64,000 nucleotides of DNA from Maridesulfovibrio sp. (lineage in GTDB: Bacteria; Desulfobacterota; Desulfovibrionia; Desulfovibrionales; Desulfovibrionaceae): assembly GCF_965140835.1 (NCBI RefSeq), contig NZ_OZ223526.1. One strand, given 5' to 3'. The notes under the pieces are model-generated. The model did no database searches, was not told where the DNA came from, and worked only from the letters and a program-made list of their open reading frames with translations. Below are positions 8,374 to 20,185 of this stretch, piece after piece (position 1 is the stretch's first letter; each line of letters begins with the position of its first letter). Position numbers and translations under genes: made by a program.

Positions 8374-10791
8374 ATGAAACTCAGTACAAAACTTATCTTG
8401 CCGCAATTATTCGTAGTTGTCGCACTTGGATGCATAAGTTTCTACATAATCGATAAATCATTTATGCAGCTTAAAGAGATGTATGTAGAGTCAAAAGTAA
8501 ATAATGCATTTACTTCTGTAAAAAACAGTATCAACGATTCTGCAAAGTCCGCACAACAGCTTGCTGCTTTATTCTCACACCGCCATGATGTGATTGAAGC
8601 TTTTAAGATTGCTCATTCAGGGGATATTGACAACGAGCGTTCGCCGGAAGCACAACAGGCTCGCGAAAACATCAGAGATGTTCTTCAGGCAGAACTCGAA
8701 GGATACCAGGCTCTGGGGGATGGAAAGATACGACTTCATTTTCATCTTCCCAATGGGAGAAGCCTTGTACGGTTATGGCGTGACAAACAAGCCAAACGAA
8801 ATGGAGAGTGGGTGGATATCTCCGACGATATATCAAGTTTCCGTCAGACGGTTCTGGACGTCAACCAGACCGGAAAAGCAGTTGGCGGCATTGAACTGGG
8901 ACGGGGTGGGTTTGCTATCAGAGGCGTGGTTCCTGTTAAAGACCAATCCGGTAAGGCTCTTGGTTCTGTAGAAGTTTTAAAGAATTTCAAACACGTTCTG
9001 CAGGGAGTTGAAAACGCAGGTATATCCACCATGCTTTTCATGAACAAAGATCTGCTAAGTACTTCAACATCATTAAAAGACGAATCCAAATACCCAATTA
9101 TTAACGACTATGTACTGGTAAGCTCTACAGACAAGAACAAATACACAAATCTATTGGATAAAAAGCTGCTGGATGACGGCCGGAATAAACAGATCATAAA
9201 AAACTTAGAAAACACAGCAATCGCCACCTTACCGATAACAGACTATCGAGGAAAACAGGTTGGTGTCTTAGTAGGAGTATTGAACACCGCAAAACTGGCA
9301 GAACTTTCCAGCAGTGCGAATAGCTGGCTGTTAATATGCTTAGCTGCGATTTTGATCATACCGCTGGTGTTCATATACTTTAGCCTGTCCATTCAGGTAA
9401 TTAAGCCCGTTCAAGCTATCTCTGATCGAATTAACGACATTAACGAAGACAGGGCAGATCTTCATAGCACACTAAAAATACGCTTTCATGACGAAATTGG
9501 AACTCTTTGCGCTTTATTTAACACCATGCTCGGTAAATTAGCGGAAATGGTGGACAACATGCAGGTGTATGTTGATGTCGTAAACGCTGTTCCCGATCCT
9601 ATTTTCGTTGTTGATAAAAAATTCAATCTACTACTGGCAAATAAGGCCATTGAAGATTTCTCGGGATTAGGAATAGGCGAGATCAAACAAAACAAATGCG
9701 CGAACATTTTCAAAACCAAAATCTGCTCAACAGAAAAATGCCCTATTGAAAAAAGCATGCATACAGGGCAGAACACTAAAGCGGAAATATTATTGCTCAA
9801 AGACAGATATGGCAACGAGATGCATATACAGCCTGTCGCAACTCCACTTAAAAACTCGAAAGGGGACATCTTCGGTTATCTGGAAGTAGCCCGCAATGTC
9901 AGCGACCTAGTCGAAAAAGAAAATGCAATTAACCTCCAGCTTGCAAAAATAAACAAGGTAAACGAATCTACCAGAGCAGCATCATCCAGAGTCTCCAGCA
10001 GCTGCAACGGCTTGAAGCAGGACATGGAATCAGTCGATGAATCAGTCGGCTCACAGCAGAGACTTCTATCCGAAACAGTTTCTGCTATGGGTCAGATGAA
10101 TGCCAGTGTACTCGATGTTGCGGAGAATGCCGGTCGGGCTTCAGAAAAATCCCAAGAAACCCGAGACCGGGCGGAAACTGGTGCCGAAACTGTTCTTAAC
10201 GCTACAGCAGCTATCACAAAAGTTAAAGATCAGACCGAAATCATGAGTGAAATCATGGCTAAAATGGAAGACCGGGCTGAAAGTATCGGGTCGGTTCTTA
10301 ATGTAATCAATGACATTGCAGACCAAACCAACCTCCTTGCGCTGAATGCCGCAATCGAAGCAGCCAGAGCGGGAGAGGCCGGGCGTGGATTTGCTGTAGT
10401 GGCCGACGAAGTTCGAAAGCTTGCAGAAAAAACAGTAGATGCCACAAAAGAAGTTGAATATGTCATCTCTGAATTGCGTGACCAGACCAATAAATCAAAA
10501 AGCATAACAGATGATACACGAACTCTCGCTGTCAGGGCTGCAGAATATGCCGAAGAGTCAGGGCATCAGTTAAAAGATATCGTAAAATTCATTCAAGAAT
10601 CTACCACTGACATGGCAAATATCGCCGCAGCTGTTGAAGAGCAATCAGCCAGCTCTGAAGAAATCAACAGATCAATAGGTGAGGTTAATGACATTGCCAG
10701 CGCTATAAGTGAAAGAGTTTCAGTCTCAACAACAGCTCTGAATAATCTTGTCCAACTTGCAGAGGAACTTGAAAACATATCTGGGAAATAA
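8374..10791 (+). CDS. Methyl-accepting chemotaxis protein (periplasmic Cache-type sensor, HAMP, PAS, MCP signalling domain)
   Basis: The ATG at 8374 follows a GGAG RBS. Two TM segments are present. The Cache-like block is [16 protein letters not shown]...[14 protein letters not shown]. The signalling hairpin reads [38 protein letters not shown]. Confidence 0.85.
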   Translation: MKLSTKLILPQLFVVVALGCISFYIIDKSFMQLKEMYVESKVNNAFTSVKNSINDSAKSAQQLAALFSHRHDVIEAFKIAHSGDIDNERSPEAQQARENIRDVLQAELEGYQALGDGKIRLHFHLPNGRSLVRLWRDKQAKRNGEWVDISDDISSFRQTVLDVNQTGKAVGGIELGRGGFAIRGVVPVKDQSGKALGSVEVLKNFKHVLQGVENAGISTMLFMNKDLLSTSTSLKDESKYPIINDYVLVSSTDKNKYTNLLDKKLLDDGRNKQIIKNLENTAIATLPITDYRGKQVGVLVGVLNTAKLAELSSSANSWLLICLAAILIIPLVFIYFSLSIQVIKPVQAISDRINDINEDRADLHSTLKIRFHDEIGTLCALFNTMLGKLAEMVDNMQVYVDVVNAVPDPIFVVDKKFNLLLANKAIEDFSGLGIGEIKQNKCANIFKTKICSTEKCPIEKSMHTGQNTKAEILLLKDRYGNEMHIQPVATPLKNSKGDIFGYLEVARNVSDLVEKENAINLQLAKINKVNESTRAASSRVSSSCNGLKQDMESVDESVGSQQRLLSETVSAMGQMNASVLDVAENAGRASEKSQETRDRAETGAETVLNATAAITKVKDQTEIMSEIMAKMEDRAESIGSVLNVINDIADQTNLLALNAAIEAARAGEAGRGFAVVADEVRKLAEKTVDATKEVEYVISELRDQTNKSKSITDDTRTLAVRAAEYAEESGHQLKDIVKFIQESTTDMANIAAAVEEQSASSEEINRSIGEVNDIASAISERVSVSTTALNNLVQLAEELENISGK

Positions 10792-10805
10792 CATTTACCA
10801 CAACA

Positions 10806-10847
10806 ACAGAAAGCAGCCGATCAGCACTCTGATTAGCTGCTTTCTGT
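10806..10847 (+). terminator. Intrinsic terminator after the MCP gene
   Basis: ACAGAAAGCAGC-loop-GCTGCTTTCTGT, a 12-bp stem. Confidence 0.6.
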
Positions 10848-10901
10848 TAATTGTGAAATGCGAATGGGCTGATTGTGGAATTAAATAAACAGACATCGAT
10901 A

Positions 10902-10934
10902 AAGAAACGGTGCCCAGCATAAACCGGGCACCGT
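10902..10934 (-). terminator. Intrinsic terminator after katG
   Basis: On the minus strand, AACGGTGCCC-loop-GGGCACCGTT followed by TTCTTTAT. Confidence 0.55.
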
Positions 10935-10945
10935 TATACACTTGA

Positions 10946-13177
<2,232 letters not shown>

Positions 13178-13355
13178 TTACTTTACTGTAATATACATCA
13201 CTCAATTTTTTTTGGGAAGTAACTTAGAGAAATTGGCGGCGAATCGTAACAAGTGCAAATAAAATAGGGTTAACTCATACCTTTTGAGTTAACCCTATTT
13301 AAAAAAAGTAAAAGCCCTCGGACACTTAAGTGATCCCAAGGGCTTAATTATATTC

Positions 13356-13447
13356 TGGCGGAGAGGGAGGGATTCGAACCCCCGGAGGGCGCAAACCCTC
13401 AATAGTTTTCAAGACTACCGCGTTCAACCGGACTCTGCCACCTCTCC
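13356..13447 (-). tRNA. tRNA-Ser (anticodon UGA)
   Basis: The reverse complement reads GGAGAGGTGGCAGAGTCCGG...CTTGAAA...GGGTTCGAATCCCTCCCTCTCCGCCA. It has a long variable arm, a TPsiC loop and an encoded CCA. Confidence 0.9.
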
Positions 13448-13462
13448 AAAACGTGAGAAAAG

Positions 13463-13491
13463 AATTTTCCCGAACTCGGGCTAAATGTCAA
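13463..13491 (-). promoter_or_regulatory. Sigma70-type promoter candidate for tRNA-Ser(UGA)
   Basis: On the minus strand, an A9 tract (UP-like), then TTGACA-N17-AAAATT, about 15-20 nt before the mature tRNA 5' end. Confidence 0.35.
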
Positions 13492-13612
13492 CCTTTTTTT
13501 TGATTTAATCCATAGAAATTAATTTGCAAATGCAGCCCAACAATTTTTCAAACTGCCTCTGCGCCCATCAAATCAACTTAGGCTTTAAATAAAGGCTGAA
13601 AACATCTATTCA

Positions 13613-14272
13613 CTATAAAAAAACACCCTTCTCTTTCAGCTCCTCACCATAAGCCATCAACTCTGATTTTGACCGGAGTCCCAGCTTCTTCATCAGGTTC
13701 GAGCGGTGCTTCTCCACGGTCTTGATGCTGATCACCAGCAGGTCTGCGATCTCACGGTTCTTGTATCCGGAAAGCACATGCTTCAAGATTTCCCGTTCAC
13801 GCTCAGTGAGAGCCTCAAGACTCTCGATGCTCCTGCTTCTTTCCTTCTGTAGAAAACCTTTAGCCACTTCAGCGGAAATTTCCGGAGTAAGGTAGACCTT
13901 ACCCGCCATGACCGTCTCAATAGCCATGACAAGTTCCTTACTGGATGAAGTCTTGAGTAGATAACCGCTGGCTCCCGCATCAAGGGCTGAAAAAATATGG
14001 TCGGATTCCACATGGGCTGTTAGCGCCAGAAACTTTGTTCTGACTAAGCCGGAAAGCTCTTGAATTGCCTGCACACCACTTTTCACAGGCATAGATAAAT
14101 CCATGAGCGCAACATCAGGATTGAGGCGCTTACAAAGGCGAATAGCCTCTTCGCCATTCTCGGCCATACCAAGCACACTGATTCCCGGCTGAGACTTAAG
14201 GATCGTCTTCAACCCTTCGCGTACCAGAGCATGATCGTCAGCGATAACCACTTTAACCAAATTAAGCATCAA
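13613..14272 (-). CDS. NarL/FixJ-family response regulator (REC + LuxR-type HTH)
   Basis: VVIADDHALVREGL...DVALMDLSMP, with C-terminal LTEREREILKHVLSGYKNREIADLLVISIKTVEKHRSNLMKKL. Confidence 0.85.
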   Translation of the reverse strand: MMLNLVKVVIADDHALVREGLKTILKSQPGISVLGMAENGEEAIRLCKRLNPDVALMDLSMPVKSGVQAIQELSGLVRTKFLALTAHVESDHIFSALDAGASGYLLKTSSSKELVMAIETVMAGKVYLTPEISAEVAKGFLQKERSRSIESLEALTEREREILKHVLSGYKNREIADLLVISIKTVEKHRSNLMKKLGLRSKSELMAYGEELKEKGVFL

Positions 14273-14395
14273 ACACCTGAAACCAAGAGATAATAGAATT
14301 GCGAAAACCTGAAAAGATAAAGATTCTTATCAGGAAAGCACTGCACAATGCAACTGCATTAGAACGCACCCCAAAAGTCAAACATCAGGCTCATA

Positions 14396-14428
14396 AAGAA
14401 AAAGGCAGCTGGATTAACTCCAACTGCC
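14396..14428 (-). terminator. Intrinsic terminator after tRNA-Ser(GCU)
   Basis: On the minus strand, GGCAGTTGG-loop-CCAGCTGCC followed by TTTTTCTTT. Confidence 0.5.
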
Positions 14429-14441
14429 TATGACTTTCATG

Positions 14442-14536
14442 TGGCGGAGAGGGAGGGATTTGAACCCTCGATAGAGTTTTAAGCCCTATACTCGCTTAGC
14501 AGGCGAGCGCCTTCAGCCGTGCTCGGCCACCTCTCC
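14442..14536 (-). tRNA. tRNA-Ser (anticodon GCU)
   Basis: The reverse complement reads GGAGAGGTGGCCGAGCACGG...CTCGCCTGCTAAGCGAG...GGGTTCAAATCCCTCCCTCTCCGCCA. It has a long variable arm and an encoded CCA. Confidence 0.9.
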
Positions 14537-14637
14537 GTATATGTGGTGAATGTTCGCGATGCGTTTCACTCACTCAGGAAGCGTTGTAATATCTCCGACC
14601 CTTCCGATTGTCAACAACATTTTTAATTTTTTTTGAA

Positions 14638-15990
14638 TTATTTATGAACTATGTCTTCTTTTGCCCTAAAAGTGGAGCGGAACACAATATTCAGCGGCGC
14701 TATCTTCACATTCAGAATTTTGCGCAGCCTGTTTTCAAGAAAACGATGGTAAGAAGACTTGATCAGTTTTTCATCATTAATGAAAAAGATAAAGGTTGGC
14801 GGCTCATCATCAGCCTGAGTCATGTACTTGAACTTGGCCCTTCTCCTTTTCACTACCGGCGGCTGATGCTTCTCAATAACCTCTTTCATGATCCTGTTCA
14901 GCTGGCCGGTTGAAATACGCAGGGAACATTCCTTTTTCAGTCTGCTGGCAAGCGGCAGAATACCGCCCAGACCTGATTTTGAAATGCAGGAAGTATAAAC
15001 AACCGGAACATGGTTGGCCATGCGCAGTGCTCTCTCAAATCCCTCACGCAACAAAGAGCGTTCAGCCTTGGATACCATATCGATCTTGTTCACTGCGATA
15101 ATGAAAGGAACTGCTTCGCGCAGCAGGTATTCCAAAAGGCGTTTATCCTGTTTGGTAATCCCGGCCAAAGCATCAACAACCATGATGGTAACATCTGCTT
15201 TTGTGCTGCTCTTGAGTGCTCGCACTACACTGAACCGCTCAATGGTATCGGTGATGTTGGTCCTGCGGCGGACACCAGCGGTATCAACAAAAGTATACAC
15301 TTTGCCGCCGCTTTCAAATGTAACATCCACGCTGTCTCGGGTAGTCCCGGCCACATCACTGACGATAACCCGCTGTTCACCGGTCAAAGCGTTAACCATG
15401 GACGACTTACCGGCATTAGGACGCCCAAGCATGGCAATCTTAAGCCCTTTGGATTCCTCGTCCTCTTCCACGTACTCAATACCAGTGGCAAGAGCCATAT
15501 CCGCAACTTTTTCACGCAGTTCAAGCAGGTTGAAACCATGCTCAGCGGAAACAGCCATCATCTCAAAACCGAGAGCATGGAACTCCGCTGTGGCCGGTGC
15601 TTCACGCTCTGCGCCGTCAACTTTGTTCACCAGCAGCAGAATAGGCTTGTTGCTCTGGCGGATGTATGCGGCAACCTGCTCATCAAGCTGGGTAATACCG
15701 GCACGTCCGTCTACAACAAGAATAAGAGCTTGTGCTTCTTCGATGGCTTCGCGGGCCTGTTCGAAGATATCACTCTGAAATTCTTCTGAATTATTATCGC
15801 TTTCCATGACCAGACCGCCGGTGTCAATCAAAGCGTAATGAACGCCGTTGTAATTACCCTCGGCATAAATACGGTCACGGGTAATGCCGGGCATATCGTG
15901 GGTGATAGCCCTTTTTTTCCTCAACAATCTATTGAATAGAGTGGACTTTCCTACATTGGGTCGTCCGATAAGTGCGATGGTTGGCAGCAT
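14638..15990 (-). CDS. der: Ribosome-associated GTPase Der (EngA)
   Basis: Two G domains (GRPNVGKSTLFN and GRPNAGKSSMVN) plus a KH-like C-terminus. The ATG at 15990 follows GGAGGA. The ORF-track N-terminal extension is unlikely to be real. Confidence 0.9.
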   Translation of the reverse strand: MLPTIALIGRPNVGKSTLFNRLLRKKRAITHDMPGITRDRIYAEGNYNGVHYALIDTGGLVMESDNNSEEFQSDIFEQAREAIEEAQALILVVDGRAGITQLDEQVAAYIRQSNKPILLLVNKVDGAEREAPATAEFHALGFEMMAVSAEHGFNLLELREKVADMALATGIEYVEEDEESKGLKIAMLGRPNAGKSSMVNALTGEQRVIVSDVAGTTRDSVDVTFESGGKVYTFVDTAGVRRRTNITDTIERFSVVRALKSSTKADVTIMVVDALAGITKQDKRLLEYLLREAVPFIIAVNKIDMVSKAERSLLREGFERALRMANHVPVVYTSCISKSGLGGILPLASRLKKECSLRISTGQLNRIMKEVIEKHQPPVVKRRRAKFKYMTQADDEPPTFIFFINDEKLIKSSYHRFLENRLRKILNVKIAPLNIVFRSTFRAKEDIVHK

Positions 15991-16057
15991 GGCCGTCCTC
16001 CGAAAAAAATGATCATGCAGAGCACGGGAAAAGTCACCGTGGTCAGCATTATATATC

Positions 16058-16088
16058 AAAAAAAGCGGGAAGACATCCGCTTCCCGCT
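16058..16088 (-). terminator. Strong intrinsic terminator 70 nt upstream of der
   Basis: On the minus strand, GCGGGAAG-CGGATGT-CTTCCCGC followed by T7. Confidence 0.65.
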
Positions 16089-16216
16089 ATTAAAATCTCC
16101 ACAAAGGAGTCATATGGCACAATGAGCATGAAGCTGTAAAGGAGTTTATTAGGGATAGGGTGCCCATCCTTCATATTTTTTATTTAGCCCATAACAGCAT
16201 GAAGAGCATCAGTTGC

Positions 16217-16252
16217 AAAAAAACGGACCCAAGCCACAAGACTCAGGTCCGT
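16217..16252 (-). terminator. Intrinsic terminator, the second one downstream of mtnA
   Basis: On the minus strand, ACGGACCTGAG-loop-CTTGGGTCCGT followed by T7. Confidence 0.65.
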
Positions 16253-16310
16253 CCTAAAATCAATTCCAACCAACTGCGCTACACGGCGAAGCCTACCAAG
16301 AGGTTTTGGG

Positions 16311-16338
16311 ATTATTAAACCCTTTTGCAAAAGGGTTT
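16311..16338 (-). terminator. Hairpin immediately after the mtnA stop codon
   Basis: AAACCCTTTT-GC-AAAAGGGTTT is a perfect palindrome. The T-tail (TTTAATAAT) is weak. Confidence 0.4.
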
Positions 16339-16359
16339 AAGCCGCCGGAGGCATTAAAA

Positions 16360-17400
16360 CTATTCTTCTTCAAAAAGCTTCTTGATAGCCTCGGTGTAAG
16401 GAGGTCTCAACACACCCTTTTCAGTTATGATCCCGGCGATCAGTTCGTTTGGGGTCGGGTCGAAAGCGAAGTTGAAAACGTCTACACCCTCAGGGGTGAT
16501 GCGGTGGTTGCCCACGTGGGTTACTTCAGTGGGAGTGCGGTCTTCGATGGGGACATCGTCACCGGTTGGGGTTTCAGGATCGATTGTGTAAACAGGGGCG
16601 GCAACGTAGAATGGAATGCCGAATTCACGGGCAAGCAGAGCCACGCCGTAGGTTCCGATCTTGTTTACGGCATCACCGTTTGCGGCAATACGGTCAGCAC
16701 CGACCACAACTTTCTGGACCAGACCTTTCTTCATGAGCAAAGCGCAGGCGTTATCGCAGGCAACCTTCACCGGGATTCCATCACGATGCAGCTCATATGC
16801 GGTGAGGCGTGCGCCCTGAAGGAAGGGACGGGTTTCGTTGGCAATGACGGAAACCTTCTTGCCCTGATCAACAGCACCGCGCACAACGCCAAGCGCTGTC
16901 CCATACCCTGCTGTAGCCAGCGCACCGGCATTGCAATGGGTCATGATGGTGTCGCCGTCGTCCATGAGTTCGCCGCCGAACTTACCGATGTCTTCGCACA
17001 TCCGAATGTCATCTACATGGATTTCTTTAGCACGCTTGAGCCAGATATCGCAGAGTTCATCAAGTGAAACATCACCTGCTTCCATCCAGATGCGTTTCAT
17101 TTCACGCACGGCCCAGCGCAGATTGACCGCTGTGGGGCGGGCGTTTTCGATCTTATCGAGATTCTTTTCCAGATCTGCTTTCCAGTCAGCACTTCCGGCA
17201 ACTTCGCGGCCCGCAAGATAGCAGCCATAAGCAGCTGTTACGCCGATGGCAGGCGCACCGCGCACAACCATAACGACAAGGGCCTCGACAATATCATCTG
17301 TAGTATTGCAGTCGAACCAGTCCTCGCGGGTAGGCAGGTAGCGCTGATCAAGCAGTACGAGAGCATCTTTTTCGGCTGAAAACTGAATATGTTCGGTCAT
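16360..17400 (-). CDS. mtnA: S-methyl-5-thioribose-1-phosphate isomerase (eIF-2B alpha/beta/delta family)
   Basis: LLDQRYLP...[14 protein letters not shown]...[18 protein letters not shown]...[11 protein letters not shown]. Confidence 0.85.
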   Translation of the reverse strand: MTEHIQFSAEKDALVLLDQRYLPTREDWFDCNTTDDIVEALVVMVVRGAPAIGVTAAYGCYLAGREVAGSADWKADLEKNLDKIENARPTAVNLRWAVREMKRIWMEAGDVSLDELCDIWLKRAKEIHVDDIRMCEDIGKFGGELMDDGDTIMTHCNAGALATAGYGTALGVVRGAVDQGKKVSVIANETRPFLQGARLTAYELHRDGIPVKVACDNACALLMKKGLVQKVVVGADRIAANGDAVNKIGTYGVALLAREFGIPFYVAAPVYTIDPETPTGDDVPIEDRTPTEVTHVGNHRITPEGVDVFNFAFDPTPNELIAGIITEKGVLRPPYTEAIKKLFEEE

Positions 17401-17415
17401 TTCTATCTCGCTTGG

Positions 17416-18861
17416 TTAGGAAAGTTTTTCGGAAATCATCTTGCTGACCATGCCGGGGTTGGCTTTACCCTTGGTCTCGCGCATGATCTGGCCCATGAAG
17501 AAGCTCATCAGCTTTTTCTTGCCGCCCTTGAAAGCTTCAACTTCGTCCGGGTTATCAGCCAGAACTTTATCTACTACGGCCTCGAGAGAGGAGCTGTCTG
17601 AAATCTGAACAAGTCCTTTGTCCTTGACATACTTTTCAGGATCAAGACCTTCAGCGAAAACATCACTAAAAATATCCTTACCGATCTTGATGCTGATCAC
17701 ATCTTTATCCACAAGCTGGATCAGTTTAGCCATCATTTCCGGTTTAAATTTACAATCGGCAACAGTCATTTCAGACTGATTAAGCTCACGCAGAAAATCT
17801 CCCTTGATCCAGTTGGCAACCTTTTTTGGCTCATTATGAGTTTCGAGAACAGCTTCAAAGTAATCGGCAATGTCTTTTTCAGAGCTGATAAGTTCAGCAT
17901 CATCACCGCTAAGGCTCAACTCATCAATAAAACGGGCTTTACGTTCTGCGGGAAGTTCAGGAAGGGATGCCTGCCATTCAGCAAGCCACTCATCGGCAAT
18001 AACCAGCGGAACTAAATCAGGATCCGGATAATAACGGTAGTCATGAGCTTCTTCCTTACCGCGCATGGAGTGGGTTGTGCCCTTGTCCGCATCATAGAGC
18101 CGGGTTTCCTGTCTGACTTTCTCGCCGTCTTCGATGAGGTCGATCTGGCGGGCAACTTCGTACCGAATAGCCTTATGGATGTTACGGAAAGAGTTGATGT
18201 TTTTCAGCTCCGCACGGGTACCGAATTCTTTCTGGCCAAACGGACGAACTGAAATGTTTGCGTCACAACGAAAGGAACCTTCTTCAAGGTTACCGTCACA
18301 AATACCGAGGTAGAGCAGGATGGAACGCAGACCTTTAAGGTAGGCAACAGCTTCATCAGCACTACGCATATCAGGGTCACTGACGATCTCGATCAGCGGA
18401 ACACCTGTACGGTTCAGGTCCACGAAGCTGGCATTTTCAGCAACGGAGTGAATGTTTTTACCGGCGTCTTCTTCCATGTGGATGCGGGTGATGCCGATGC
18501 GCTTCTCGTGCTTTTCGCCGTCATCATCCTCCCATGTAATATCCAGATGGCCGTGCTCGCAGATGGGCAGGTCAAACTGTGAAATCTGATAACCTTTGGG
18601 CAGGTCGGGATAAAAATAGTTTTTACGGGCGAAAATGGATTTCTGGTTCACGGTGCAGTTGGTAGCCAGCCCCATCTTGGCAGCGTATTCCATCACCTTC
18701 TCGTTGAGCACAGGAAGAACTCCGGGCATACCGGAGCAGACTTCACAGACGTTCTCGTTGGGGTCTTTACCGAATTCAGTGGAACAACCGCAAAAAATCT
18801 TGGTCTTGGTCTTAAGCTGGGCGTGAACCTCAAGCCCGATAACTGTTTCAAACTGAGTCAT
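17416..18861 (-). CDS. gatB: Asp/Glu-tRNA amidotransferase subunit B
   Basis: [21 protein letters not shown]...[18 protein letters not shown], plus a C-terminal YqeY-like tail. Confidence 0.95.
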   Translation of the reverse strand: MTQFETVIGLEVHAQLKTKTKIFCGCSTEFGKDPNENVCEVCSGMPGVLPVLNEKVMEYAAKMGLATNCTVNQKSIFARKNYFYPDLPKGYQISQFDLPICEHGHLDITWEDDDGEKHEKRIGITRIHMEEDAGKNIHSVAENASFVDLNRTGVPLIEIVSDPDMRSADEAVAYLKGLRSILLYLGICDGNLEEGSFRCDANISVRPFGQKEFGTRAELKNINSFRNIHKAIRYEVARQIDLIEDGEKVRQETRLYDADKGTTHSMRGKEEAHDYRYYPDPDLVPLVIADEWLAEWQASLPELPAERKARFIDELSLSGDDAELISSEKDIADYFEAVLETHNEPKKVANWIKGDFLRELNQSEMTVADCKFKPEMMAKLIQLVDKDVISIKIGKDIFSDVFAEGLDPEKYVKDKGLVQISDSSSLEAVVDKVLADNPDEVEAFKGGKKKLMSFFMGQIMRETKGKANPGMVSKMISEKLS

Positions 18862-18900
18862 TATATGTAAGCTCCTTACAAACTAGATTTATAAATATTT

Positions 18901-20181
18901 TTATCTTCGCAAAGCGGATCTGCTTATCAGTAAATATACCGGAACACGTGTTTTCATGTGGTGCGCCGGGTACTTGAATTCGTTCCCGGTACCTATGTAG
19001 TAATCAAGACGGGTTCCCTTGATTGCTTTGCCGGTATCCTGTGCCAGTCCGACACCGTTCACGCGCCGCGAAGGCTGTCCAAATTTAGGATAAATATCCG
19101 TGCGAAACGAAACAATGGACCCGAGTGGTATCAACTCCGGATCCGTGGCGAGGCTGACCATTGATTTAAGAGGCTTGCCGATGGCGGCCTGCGGTTCACC
19201 GCGGGTAACCTTGAAAAAGATATAGCTCTCGTTCCTGGCCATCAGCTCCCACATCTGCTCGGGATGGCTTAGCAACCAAGCCTTTATCTTTTCACGGGAA
19301 AGTTGGCTCTTTTTGAGAATCCCGCTATGCAGCATGATACTGCCAAGCCCTTTAAAGGAACGCCCGTTACTGCCGCTGAAAACAGCTGTACGCAACCTCC
19401 CGTCGGGAAGTCGCAGCACACCTCCACCCTGCACATGCATATAGAACAAATCTACCGGATCTTTCAGCCATGCAACTTCAAGGCCTCTGCCGGAAAGAAC
19501 CTGCTTAATATCAATATCTCGGCGGGAATGATACGGGAGTATCTTACCATTTTCAACCCGATAAGCCTTACGCAACTGCTCGGACCATGGATTTGTCTGC
19601 CCGGGACGGGCTTTGCGCAGGTCAGGTGGAAGCCTGTAAACCGGGTACTTATATGGACCTTTTTGGGTCAGGCTGGCCTCTATAACCGGGGTGTAATATC
19701 CGGTCATTTCCGCACCGGACTGTAGTTCATACCAGACAAAATACTTGCCAAGCAACTCCGGGTTACGGTCCAGCCGGGGAAGCAGCCTTTCAAGGTCTTC
19801 AAGTGATTTACGCAGCTGCCCCCATGTCAGGCGTAACTCTTTTCGCCTAAGTGCCAAACCTCCAGAGGGATTGCGCTGCACATATTCAATAGATTTACGA
19901 ATCTGCGGTCCCAGCTCCCGCCAGGAACGCATACTTTGACTTTTTGCCGAAATCCTGCGCGCGGCCAGAGTTGAAGACTGCTCTTTCATTTTGGAATAGC
20001 GTACCGGGCCGGCAACAAATTTCCTGCCTTCCCTTTTACTTTTCCAAACCTTGGTTCTTGTGCCCTGAGAAACAATCCTCTTTTTGGGAACAGTACCGAC
20101 CTTGGCAGCACAGCCGCACAGCAAAGCTGAGAACAGACAGAAGACAGCCAGTAACCTAATAGTGGAAATATATTTTTTCAT
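18901..20181 (-). CDS. mltA: Membrane-bound lytic murein transglycosylase A (lipoprotein)
   Basis: Lipobox LLCGCA. MltA core: TGYYTPVIEAS...YPVYRLPPDL. 3D domain: VGLAQDTGKAIKGTRLDYYIGTG. Confidence 0.85.
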   Translation of the reverse strand: MKKYISTIRLLAVFCLFSALLCGCAAKVGTVPKKRIVSQGTRTKVWKSKREGRKFVAGPVRYSKMKEQSSTLAARRISAKSQSMRSWRELGPQIRKSIEYVQRNPSGGLALRRKELRLTWGQLRKSLEDLERLLPRLDRNPELLGKYFVWYELQSGAEMTGYYTPVIEASLTQKGPYKYPVYRLPPDLRKARPGQTNPWSEQLRKAYRVENGKILPYHSRRDIDIKQVLSGRGLEVAWLKDPVDLFYMHVQGGGVLRLPDGRLRTAVFSGSNGRSFKGLGSIMLHSGILKKSQLSREKIKAWLLSHPEQMWELMARNESYIFFKVTRGEPQAAIGKPLKSMVSLATDPELIPLGSIVSFRTDIYPKFGQPSRRVNGVGLAQDTGKAIKGTRLDYYIGTGNEFKYPAHHMKTRVPVYLLISRSALRR

Positions 20182-20185
20182 TTAT

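Noticed and set aside
15010-15789. Two overlapping ~255-aa plus-strand ORFs antisense to der. Similar antisense ORFs occur at 16306-17067 (mtnA), 20084-20731, 32101-32937 (flgA), 46031-46813 (ligase), 52730-53296 (ddl) and 55785-56522 (carA).
   Set aside because: Each is opposite a confidently identified gene. Each has an implausible composition and no start context. I treat them as shadow ORFs.
16262-16300. tRNA-like D-arm string on the minus strand (GTAGCGCAGTTGGTTGG) downstream of mtnA
   Set aside because: No matching D-stem closure, anticodon arm, TPsiC loop (GGTTCGAATCC-like) or acceptor stem can be built. It is probably a chance similarity or, at most, a decayed fragment.
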